A stretch of 64,000 nucleotides of DNA from Narcine bancroftii. Its lineage: Eukaryota. The notes beneath the pieces were generated by a model, which worked only from the letters and a program-made list of their open reading frames with translations, was not told the DNA's origin and did no database searches. Position 1 is the first letter of the stretch. Each line of letters starts with the position of its first letter. The translations under genes and the position numbers were made by a program. The DNA lies in the NCBI RefSeq assembly GCF_036971445.1, contig NC_091473.1, positions 86,986,001-87,050,000 of the forward strand, written 5' to 3'. Below are positions 42,601 through 54,600 of the stretch, piece after piece.

Positions 42601-45600
42601 AATTGGGGCACTGTTTTTAGGAGGCCAGTACTTGTGCTGTGTTGGGCTGGTTCAAAGTCCAAGTAAGCCGGTTTCAACCTGTCAAGTGTGAAAGTCTCTT
42701 CCCTGCTGCCAATGTCCAAAACACAGGTGGAGCCGTTGAGTCTGAGGACATGGTATGGCCCCTTGTAAGACTACTGTAGAGGTGGCCGGTGAGCCCCGCG
42801 CTAAACAAACACTGTATTTACAGTCAGTAAAGTTCTTTGGGATGTAAATGAAGGGTTGGCCGTGGGGTCTAGGTTTAATGGAGGCCAGGGTGCCTAGGCG
42901 CTCACGTGGCTGGAGGCTCCCCTAAGTCCTCAGGGGCTGTCATGAATTTGTCTGGTATAACTAGGGGAGCGCCATAAACCAACTCAGCAGAGGATGCCTC
43001 GAGGTCTTCCTTGGGTGTGGTGCAGATGCATAACAGGACCCAAGGGAGTTCGTCAGCCCAGTTAGGTCCGTTAAGCCATGCTATTAAGGTTACTTTAAGG
43101 TGTTTTGTTTTATGTGTGTATTATTTATTGGTTTTTGAGGGGGGTGGGAAGGGATGAAGGGGGGAAGGGGGGGAAGGAAAAAAAGGAAATGTCACTGTGT
43201 ATACTCAATGAAGAACATTTGTATATATTGTTATTGATATGGTTCATAGTGTAATAACCAAAATAATTACAAAAAAAAAGGTTACCTTAAGGTGTCTGTG
43301 GAACCTCTCCACCAACCCATTAGCCTGTGTGTGATATGCCGTGGTGTGGTGGAGTTGGGTCCCCAGAGCATGGGCTAAGGCGGTCCACAGACTGGAAATG
43401 AATTGAGACCCCTGTCCAATGTAAGGTGTTTGGGAACCCCGAAACACATGCTTCTGTGGAAACCTCTGATAGTGGCACTACCTCTGGCCATCTGGTCGAC
43501 CATTGTGAGAAGAAATCGTGTGTCTCTGCATATGGGGAGAGGGCCCCACAGTATCAATATGCACGCAACTGAAACGGCGACTTGCTGGCTCAAATGTCTG
43601 TGGTGGAGCTTTGATACCAGTCTGGATTTTGGATGACTGGCACTGAGTACAAGTCCTGGCCCACAGCGTGTCCCTTTTGCGGAGGCTGTGTCAAACGTAC
43701 CTGTTTGCCACCTTTTTGACTGTAGTCCTGATGGTGGGGTAAGCCAAGTTGTGGACCGAGTCAAAAACTCGCCTCTTCCATGCAGCCGGAATGACAGGGC
43801 GAGGTTTACCCGTCGAGGTGTCACAGAGCAGCGTGTGAATGCTGAGGGAAATCTGGATGTCCTCCAGTTTTAAGCCGATGAGTGCTGTCCAGTACGCGGG
43901 AATGTCAGGGTCTGCTTGCTGCGCATCAGCCAGGGCTGCATAGTCGATGCAAGGGGTAGGGTTATGCACCGCCAAGATAGCCGGAGGGGATAGGGCGTCG
44001 GTCACCACATTGGATTTGCCGGCTATGTGTTCAATGCCCATTGTAAATTCGGAAATGTAGGACAGATGCCGCTGTGGCCTAGCTGACCATGGATCTGACA
44101 CCTTACTGAAGGGGTTTGTGGTCCAAGTAAATTTTGAACTTCCTGCCCTCCAGATAGTAACGAAAGTGCCAAATTGCCAGGTATAAGGCTAACAGTTCTC
44201 TTTCAAAGGCACTGGACTTGAGCTCTGGTGGCCTGAGGTGTTTACTGAAAAAGGCCAGCGGGTGCCACTGTCCATTCACCAGTTGCTCAAGTACACCCCC
44301 GTCCACTGTGCTGAAGGCGTCTGTCGTGAGGGCGGTTGGGGCTTCTGCCCACGGATGCACGAGAAGGGTGGTGTTGGCCAGGGTGTTTTTGGTGGCCTGG
44401 AAGGCCTCGGTCGCCTTTTGGGTCCATTGTATGTTTTGACTGGGTCCTGCCATGAGGGGAAAGAGTGGGTTCATGATGCGGGGCCACTGCAGGTATGAAG
44501 CGGTGATAAAAGTTGACCATACCTCCAAAGTCTTATAGTCCCTTCACTGTTGATGTCATGGGGAAAGAGCGAATAGCATCCACTTTAGTGGGTAGAAGTC
44601 TGGCTCCATGTTGCTTAATACAATGGTTCAGGAAGTCAATAGTCTTTCGGCCAAACTGGCACTTGGCCGGGTTGATAGTTAGGCCAAAATCGCTCAGCCT
44701 GGTGAAAAATTGTTTTAAGTGGGCAGAGTGCTCGGTGCGGGTAAAATGACAGTTATGATGGTGGATTTTGGGATGTCTTTGGGGTATACTGGGATCTGGT
44801 GATAGTCCCTGATGAGGTCCACCTTTGAGAATATTCATGCCCCTTGCAGGTTAACCGGGAAATCTTGGATATGGGGCATGGGCTCTTTGACTGGTATGGT
44901 GTCCTCATTGAGGTGGCAGTAGTCTCCAATCACCTGCTGCCTTGGGGACCATGTAGAGAGGAGAGGCCCAAGGACTATCGGTGTGCTGCACAATGCAGAT
45001 TTCCTCCATCTTTTTTGAACTCGTCCCTGGCTAGGTTAAATTCCTCGGGGGCGAGACACTGCGCCCTGGTGTGGAGGGGAGGACCCTCTGTAAAGATTTG
45101 GTGCCTCACCCCATGTTTGAGTTCTACCGAATGGAAGTGAGGCGTGGTGATGGAGGGGAATTCTGCTAGGACCCAAGCCAATTCGTTTTTGGCAATACTC
45201 ACCGAGTGCAGGTGGGGGCTGGTGAGTTCTGTACCCTTGAGGGAGAGTGACTGAAATGTCCAGGCATGCACCAGCCAGCGCCACTTGATATCCACCAGGA
45301 GTGAGTTGTCCCGCAGGAAATCTGCACCAGTAATGGTTGTTGCATAGCCACCACCGTAAACTTCCAAGTGAATTGGCTGTACTTGAAGCGTAGGGGAATG
45401 GTGCGGGTGCTGAATGTTCGGATGTTGGAGGAGTTTGCCACTCAGAGTCCCAGCCCACTTTGCCGCAGGGTGTCTTGAATGTGTAGCAGCCTATGCAGTT
45501 GGCAGGTCATTGCAGCCATTAATGACAGCCGGTCTGGGCATTTCCCTGGAACACACAGGGGGACCAGCATCGATGGGCCTCAGAACCCCACCGTTGGTGA

Positions 45601-48600
45601 TAGAAACAGTACTGCTCATCTTTGGGTCCAAAGCGCCGTTTGGACTAGTTGGGGTCACCACTGTAGTGAGGTTGCTATGGCTACAGGTTATAGCTCTCAG
45701 TTATAGCCCTAAAGATGTAGCTTGAATCCACAGGAGAAGAAAGACACACACACCAGTAGAGTGTATTCAACACTGAGTTTATTCAGTGGCAACTCTGCTT
45801 TTTATAGTCAGCTCGGCCGCGTCACCAACTTGAGCAGTGTGGCGTTCAGGTGGTCAGTTGCTCGGTGGTCTTCCTGGCTGGGTGCTGTTGATGTGGTGCT
45901 GTCACCTGTTTGAGTGAAGTGCAGGCATCCCTCTTCGCTGACCTTAGCAGGTCTGCTCAGGCAGCCACTTTCCTGGAGTCATCGAAGTCTTACACAGCAA
46001 TGAGCAGCCGGATGCCCTCGGGCCGCCTCTCCTGGAAGATCTGCTGGAACAGCGGGTAGGAGGTGTGACCATCATTGAGAGTGAGCAAGTCACTCAAGAG
46101 GGCGGAAGGGGTTCTGTCCCTCAAACAGTCGATATGCAACAGTCGAGGAGCGCACTCGCGCTTTGAGAGCCCGAAAGTGCGGGTTAACAGCTCTTTGATG
46201 GCCATACTTTACACGTTCTGGTGGCTGCTGGAGGAAGTCAATGATGCGGGTTGCGGTGTCCTGATCGAGGGCACTGACCACGTGGGAGTAGCACATGTTG
46301 TCGGCGGAGATCCGTCGAATGGCGAACTGTGCCTCTGCTTGCTGGAACCGCACCTGTGGTTGCAACGTCCAAAAGCCGGGCAGCTTCAACGCAGGTTGCT
46401 CTTCCATCTTCGGGTCCAAAGCGCCGTTTGGACTAGTTGGGGTCACCACTGTAGTGAGGTTGCTATGGCTACAGCTAGGTTATAGCTCTCAGTTATAGCC
46501 CTAAGGATGTAACTTGAATCCGCAGGAGAAGAAAGACACACACCAGGAGAGTGTATTCAACACTGAGTTTATTCAGTGGCAACTTTGCTTTTTATAGTCA
46601 TCTCAGCCGCGTCACCAACTTGAGCAGACCGGCTGCCAATTGATTACCTCATATGCCCCAATTGGGACCCCTGCGATCCACCGGTGGTGTTTGTCCAGTC
46701 TCCCCTCTCTTCCAGCGGCCTATCGATACAGGCATTTTAGCCCACACGATGCTTTGCCGGTTGCCGTGTTCGACGGCCATTTCCTGTGTCAGCCCGAGCA
46801 TGGGCTGCTACAATACTCTGTTTTTATTGCACACTAGCGTAACCTTCACTGAATTAAAGTTTTTATAGAAATATCGTTAGAATGAAGAACTGTCTTACAA
46901 TGAGAAAGCACAATGGACAATAGGGTTTCGGCATCAGAGTTACAGTGACTTGCAAGCTCTTTGCAGGATTATTTTGACAATTTGAGATTAAGTAAAATGA
47001 ATGACAGTGAATTTCCAGCTCGCAGGTTACATCTTCCAATTTGTTTTGCTATCAAGATCAGCAGAATTAAAGTGGTGATTGATGTAGGTACATCCATAAG
47101 TCACCATCACAGCTTGCAAACCGTCACACCAAAATGATACCTCCTCCAGCTAGTTTCTGACCCTATCCACCAGTAGAGTCTGGCATCTCCTCAGGAACCA
47201 CTGCAATGCTGGAAATTAACCCCACCACCTGGACTCTCCCACAACAGCCCTGTTTTAATACTGACTCCTTTTCCATTTGCAAAGGTGCAGTGGTCTCTCT
47301 GGGTCACTGGCACTCCAACTGAATAAGAGCAACATTGACAGAAAGCCAAATGCAGGTTGTCACATTTGTGGCCCGAAATGTGAAGTTAATAAAACATCAA
47401 ACACAAGTTTTTATCAGGTAAACTTCTCAGTGGCTTTATTCTCCCGTTTCCTTTGTTCTCCTGCTTGTGTTCTTATCTCTCTCTCTCATACCACATGACT
47501 TCCGGTACATCTCATACATATTCATTATCATGACATCCCTCCTTTATCAGAAATAAACTTTACCTTCACTTACCAATATCCCTCGGAAACATACAAACAT
47601 CGTAACTAATGGTAATACTATAACTCAACTACATAAAATTTACTTCCTACAGCACTCATACATGCACTTTATGATATAAGATTAAATACTGTCCCAAAGT
47701 TCTTATCAAAACTATGCCACAAAGTCTTCGTATCGTTTGGGTGCTTTCCGGTTTCGTTTCGGCCTGCCTGCGATATTGTCGTCGCTTCTCAGTTGTTCAC
47801 TCTCAGCGTCGGAAATACTGCTCGCCACGGCTTCGGGTGTTTCTGGCGCTCTAGTCACTTCATCAGGAGTGCTGGTAACTGCCTCTGGAACATCATCAGG
47901 TCTCTCAGTTTCAGCATCTCATATTGGCCTTTCAACTTCTTCGCTCGATGTATCTCTGGACTGGTACCTTTTTACACCTGATACATTTCTCTTATACAGG
48001 ACTCCAGTCAGAGACTTGACTGTCACCATACTGCCACTTCTGGATACGACAGTATAGGGTTGATGGTAATAAGGTGTGTCTAGCTTACCACCAGTTTCAT
48101 GCCTCACTAGAACATTATCTCCTGGCATGATGTCTGAGTACTTGGCTCCACGTTTCGAATCTGTGTACAGCTTTGCTGCACCTTTCTTTTCAGCATCGTG
48201 GTCCCTCATCTCCTGGTCGTCTCGGATTTCCTTTATTTCTGGCATTTTTTTGTGGATTTTTCTCCCAAAAAAATGCTTCTGCAGGACTTTTTCCAGTGGT
48301 TGCATGAGGCGTTGCTCGATAGACAGCCACATAAGATAGCAATGCTTCTCGCCAATTTTGTCCTTCAGCGTGTGCAATCCTCAATCGTTTTTCAATGGAC
48401 TGATTTTGTCTCTCTACTTCCCCATTGGCTTGCGGCCATTTCGGAGTTACTTTATGATGGTGGATACCTGTGGTCCTCATGTATTCCGCAAATGTCTCTG
48501 AAATGAATTGTGGACCATTGTCAGAGTATAATGTAACAGGTAATCCATATCTTGCAAATATCTCTGCTAATGCTTGTATTGTTTTTTCAGTGGTTGTGGA

Positions 48601-51600
48601 CTTCAACACCACGTACTCATAGTATCTGCTGTAGTAATCTATCACTACCATAATTGATTCACCCGTCGGTAAAGGTCCAAGAAAATCAACAGCTACGTCG
48701 ATCCATGGTCCTGTCGGAAGTTGCGTACTCCGGATCGGTCTGGCGGATTACTCCTATTTGTGATTTGACATCCGTGACAAGTTTTAACAAATTTCTCTGC
48801 GTCTTTATCACAACCTAGCCACCATACCTTGGTCCTGAGGTTTTGCTTGGTACCAACAATACCTAGGTGTCCTTCATGCGCTAAGGATACGATCTTCGGT
48901 CTCAATCTTTGCGGTATAACCAATCTGCAACCTCTTAATACACACTGTCCGATGCAACAAAGTTCGTCTCTAATGGGAATGTAAGCCTTGTGAGTACACT
49001 TGTCCCATTGTCCACTCTGTATGCATTCTCTTACTTCCATGAGTTCTGGATCACATTCGGATTCTCTCTCGACCTCCTTCGTAGTCACAGCTTTCGGTGT
49101 CGCCTGAATAGCTACGAAGCGTACAAAGCTCTCTGTTTCTGTTCCCAATTCTGACTTGGATTGTGGACCACCATCCTTCACCAATCTGGACAGCGGATCT
49201 GCAATGTTTGCTTTCCCTGCAATGTGGATTACTTTATATTTGTAGGGTTGTAGTCTGAGTACCCATCTCTCTATTCTGGCACATAGTTTGGATCTAGGTG
49301 CATAGATCACCTCTAATGGCTTATGATCTGTGATGAGTTCAAATTCAATGCCGTATAAATATGCATGGAACCTCTCACAGGCCCATACAAGTCCGAGTGC
49401 TTCTTTCTCTGTCTGAGAGTATCTTCTTTCCACATCTGATAACGATCTGCTGGCATAGGCAATGATTCTTGGTCCTCCATCATGCATCTGGACCAACACG
49501 GCTCCTAAACCAACCGGGCTGGCATCCGCTATGACTTTGGTTGATTCCGCCGGATCGTAATATCCAAGAGTTTTTGCATCTGTCAGGCTTTGCTTCAGCG
49601 CTGTGAACGCTTCCTTCTGCTCAGATCCAAAATGAAATGGTACACCTTTCCTGGCTAGTTTCCTTAGTGGTTCTGCCACTGTAGCGAAATTAGGAATGAA
49701 CTTTGCACAAAAATTGACCAATCCCAGGAAACTCCTCACCTCTGTTGCGTTCTGAGGTGCACATGCCTCTGCAATAGCTTTCACCTTGGCCTCTGCAGGG
49801 TTTAGTCCTTCCCGTGTAAGTCTGTGTCCCATGAAGTCCATTTTTAACACACCGAACTGGCACTTGTTTCCATTCACGGTAAGGCCTGCCTCCTGTAGTC
49901 TAGATAGTACACGCCTCAACCGTTTGTCATGCTCTTCCTTCGTTGGTGCATGGACTATGATGTCGTCAGAAATGTTGGCAACTTCAGGAATGCCTTGAAT
50001 CACTCGATGGATTTCATACTGGTAGATCTCAGAAGCTGCATTAATTCCAAATGATATTCTCTTGTAACGATACAATCCACAGTGAGTCACAAATGTTGTT
50101 ACATCTCGGGAACCTGGATCCAGCTCTAATTGATGATAGCCCCATTTCAGATCAATTTTTGAGAATATCTTGCTGGTAGTTAGTTCTTGAAGTATTTCCT
50201 CCACTGTTGGTATAGGGTGTCGTTCTCTAATTATAGCTTCATTGGCCATTCTCATGTCAACACATAGTCTTATGTCACCCTTTGGTTTGGGCACAATCAC
50301 TACTGGGCTGACCCATTGTGTCGAATGTTCCACCGGTTCAATAATGTCTTGTTCGATCAATTCTTTAATTTTGGCTTCGACTTTCCCACGAAGTCCAAAC
50401 CGAGTTCGGCGCATTGGTTGTGCCTTAGGTTTGACCGTTTCATCTACCGCTAGCTTCAATTGTCGACCTTTCAGCTTTCCTACTCCTTGGAAGACTGCGG
50501 GGAATTCTTGCTTCATATCCTCGTATGACTGAATTGAATTGACACAAGCTCCAATATGAAGTATTGCCAGGTCTTGCGCTGTGCTTCTACTCAACAATGG
50601 TTCTCCCCTCTCTTCTATGACCATAAACTCTGCTTCGGTGTACTTATCTCCAGCTTCAACAGTTGCAGTAAAACATCCAATGGTCTGCAATGGCTTGGTT
50701 GCTGTGTATGGATACAGTTTCTTGGAACACTTCTTTGAGGTACAGATGATCTTTTTCCTTTTCAACTTCTCCCATAAATGTCGATCAATCACATTACTGT
50801 CACTGCCTGAGTCTACAATGACCTGCACTGTCACTCCATCAATGATCACTGGGACCTTCTCATGACGTACTTCATTCAACATAAATTGGTAACAACTCTG
50901 TTCCTCCTGGGTATCATCATCGTCACCGTCTATCTGGCGAATGGTATCTTTCTTTCCAGGATACTTTCCTTTCCCCCAGGCTTTGCCTTTGGAAGTTGTA
51001 CTCTTCTTCTTCTGGTCTGCATTGGACTTGCTTTTGCACTTCTTTGCAAAGTGGTCCTTACCTCCACACTTTCTGCAAACTTTGCCTTTGGCCAGGTAAT
51101 ATGGGTCTTTTCCAAAGTGACCTCGGTTTCCACATCGATAACACTCCACGTCCTGTGTCGGCGTATATCTTGGCTGGTTATGGCGATGTGAGAGCCTCTT
51201 AATTTGCTGGCTTGAGTTGTCTTTCAGGGTCATGGTATGAAATTGCCCTTCAACAGCCTCTAATGCAGCAGCAATGGTTAAAGCATCGGTGTGTTCCAAC
51301 TCACTCCCTCTTTCCAGTAGACGTCTTCTGAGTTTATCTGATCTGCAGTGCTGTATGACTTGATCCAATAATTGGTTGTCCAAATCAGCTGGCATGTAAT
51401 TGCATCCAACAGCTAGCTGGCGTAGTCTCGTCACGTACTGAGCAATTGTCTGGCCATCTTCTTGTCTCGTTCTCCGAAACAAATGGCGTTGAAATGTAGC
51501 ATTCGGTGTCACTACATAGTGTGCATTTAATGCATCTACCGCTTTCCGGTACTCATCCTTTCTTCCAGTATTCAAAAGTGTCTTAAATGTTTCCCGAACT

Positions 51601-54600
51601 GTGGGTCCAGCCGTGAAAAGAAGTAACGCCCTTCTCTGCGCTTTTTGTTCAACTGTACCGGTATCTAGAAATAGGCCACGACTGTCGGCGTAGGATTCAA
51701 ATTCTTCCAGCCATGCCTTCCACTTCACACTTACAGTGCTTGCATCACCCGTTGGGTCAAAATGAGCAATTCCACTATGTGTTAGAAAGTCACCGTCTGC
51801 CCCAGCCATGAGGAAATATTCCAGCCCCAAAAGTACTGACTCACAGAGAAAATTCTTATCACCTTGAAGTTGTCTGTAATCCTCTGTAATCTTGTTTAGT
51901 CTTTAATTTTCTTCAAGCTTCTTTCATCCTCGTCGCCAATGTCACATTTGTGGCCCGAAATGTGAAGTTAATAAAACATCAAACACAAGTTTTATCAGGT
52001 AAACTTCTCAGTGGCTTTATTCTCCCGTTTCCTTTGTTCTCCTGCTTGTGTTCTTATCTCTCTCTCTCATACCACATGACTTCCGGTACATCTCATACAT
52101 ATTCATTATCATGACACAGGTCAGCTCCCTGTTCAATGCAAGGCACTAATAAAAATGGTAACTAAACCAGCTCAAATTTGAGTTTCGGATTTTGTATTTT
52201 AAAAAGTGTCGAAATCACTTAACCTGGTTGAGTTCTGCAATGCCTATCTGTTCGGTATTGCCAACTGCTTAATTCTTTATTACCATCCTTTCCCAAGTTT
52301 TCAGTTAGCCTGGATTTCCTGTAACAAATCAAACAAACCCTTCTCAAATAAAAAAAGCCTTTGGAAATGGATGCCACAACAATTAAGATTCAACAGCCAT
52401 TTACTTATCATTAGAGAAGATCAAGTAAGGCAGTTAGGAGAGAAACTGGATGTGAGGAAGTGAACTGGGCTGCTCTGTTCCCTAGGAAATGCCAGATTCT
52501 ACTCCTGTTTCCGACTTCTATCCCATTCAGAACCAAGTATTTGACAGCATCTTTGAAGAGATTCATTTTTTTGGTCATGTCCACAATAATCTCATTCTGG
52601 TTTAATCTCACAAACTGGAGATTACAATGGTATCAATGGATAATGGATTGTCAGACCTAGGCCATTGAAATTCAGTGAGGACAGCAGCATTAAACTGGAC
52701 CATTGCTTGCAAAATCCTTTAGCAACGAAGGTGGGAAGCCAGAGTACTGATTGGTTAAATGGGAATGATTCATTACCATGGCCTCTCCCAGGAAGTCTTG
52801 CTTTTCCAGCTGAGCCACGATCTTTTTCTTTGGTCTGAAAAATTTTCCAACTGGAAACTGCAGGGGCTGAAACAGCTCTCGGTTCTGAGAAGAGAGATCA
52901 AGATGCAAATAGTCACTGAACTTAAAAAACAGACAATCTGGATATTGCAGGGTGTTTGTGACACATTAAACCCCATGCAACTGCCAGCAGCTTTATAGTT
53001 CCTGTACAAGCCACGTAAATATACAAATCCCAAAGTTGCTGTCAGGAGTTTGTTGGCACTTCGCTGATTACATTCTGATGCTGGTCTCTGGAGATAACAT
53101 AGGGGCAGGATGTTGCAGAGATTTCCATCTCCTGTGATGGTCAATCTGGCAGAGGAACAGAAAGTTGGTATCTATACAAATGCAATCTGTCCCCAAGGCA
53201 ACAATTTATAAGCTGCAATTTCATGTGGTCTGAGGGCAAGTAGTTCTCGTACCAAGGATACGTTTTATGGTGTTTCTATAAGAATTGATAAGAGACACTG
53301 GCACTTGGGGACCTGATGGATTTCCTTAGGCTTTTGAGGAAGTCAAGATGATGGCTTGGCTATAGTGTCAATGTGTTTATAGTGGTTACAATTTTAATTG
53401 AGACATTCAGAAATATTGGCAGTTGTGAGGGGCTGTTCTCTCACCCTGCGCTATTACAGCACAAATTCCATCCAATATTTAGGAAACGGGTGTGCTATGA
53501 GGAAAATTAACTTCCTAATATTTCAAGTTTTTTCATCTCATTCCATTGATGATAGCAGCTGGAGCCTCTTACTGACAGACCCAACAAATGGCATTTATAC
53601 CAAAGCACAGATCTCCTTTCCTAAGATTATATGACTCAAGCATATAATGAGCCAGGACACTTGGGAATTTCCCCGAACATATATCGGTTGTTAGCCAACT
53701 AAGGCAGAATCTACTGCCCATCTTCATACATCGATTCTCATCAAATACATTGATAGATACAGCAAATTAATGATAATTCATATGAACAAATGAATTAGGA
53801 GCAGGAATTCCACTCAGCACCTCAAACATGTTCCATCATTAAATAAGTTAACATTTGATCTTACTGCAACCTCAACTTGGCATTCCTGTGATAACCTTTC
53901 ACCCTACTGGTTTATCGAGAATTTATCTGCCTCTGCCTTAGAAATATTTTAAGTCCTGCTTTCACTTTTTGAAGAGTTACAAAGATATACAGTAATCATA
54001 AAAATGGTCATCTCATTAGTGATAAATAAGTTAACCCTCGTGTTTAAACAGTGACACTTCGTTTTAAATCTACCAACACGAAGAAACATCCTTCCCTCAA
54101 CAAAAATCTACACAGACCATCATGATCTTGCATGTTTAAATAAAGCCTGCAATCACACTTCTAAACTCTATACAACCTTTCCCCCTAAGAAAATCTATTT
54201 CAAATATTAAGCCAGTAAACCTTCTTTGAGCTGTTTCCAATGAATTTTCCTTAAATAAACAGAGCCTCAGTGTGCACAGTTCACCAGCTGTGGTCTCACC
54301 AATGTCCCAAATTGTCATGGATATCACATGCAACCTGTGGGCACAGCAGAGAGTAGCAAATATACAAGGCATTTAGAGACAAGAGGAAAGACAATACCCA
54401 AATGGCTTCCAGAGCTTGATCCACAAAATTGTGCTTGGCTTCCATTTTAAAAGTCAAGGCTTTCTTTACAATCTGTTCAGCTTTGTCCCATTCCTGTATC
54501 ATGACGTGTGACAATGCCAAATTGTGAAGCACCTGCAAGGAACAATTAACAAAGAGGTTAGAGTACTAGTGTTGTCTGTAAATTTAAATGACCAGTTTTT

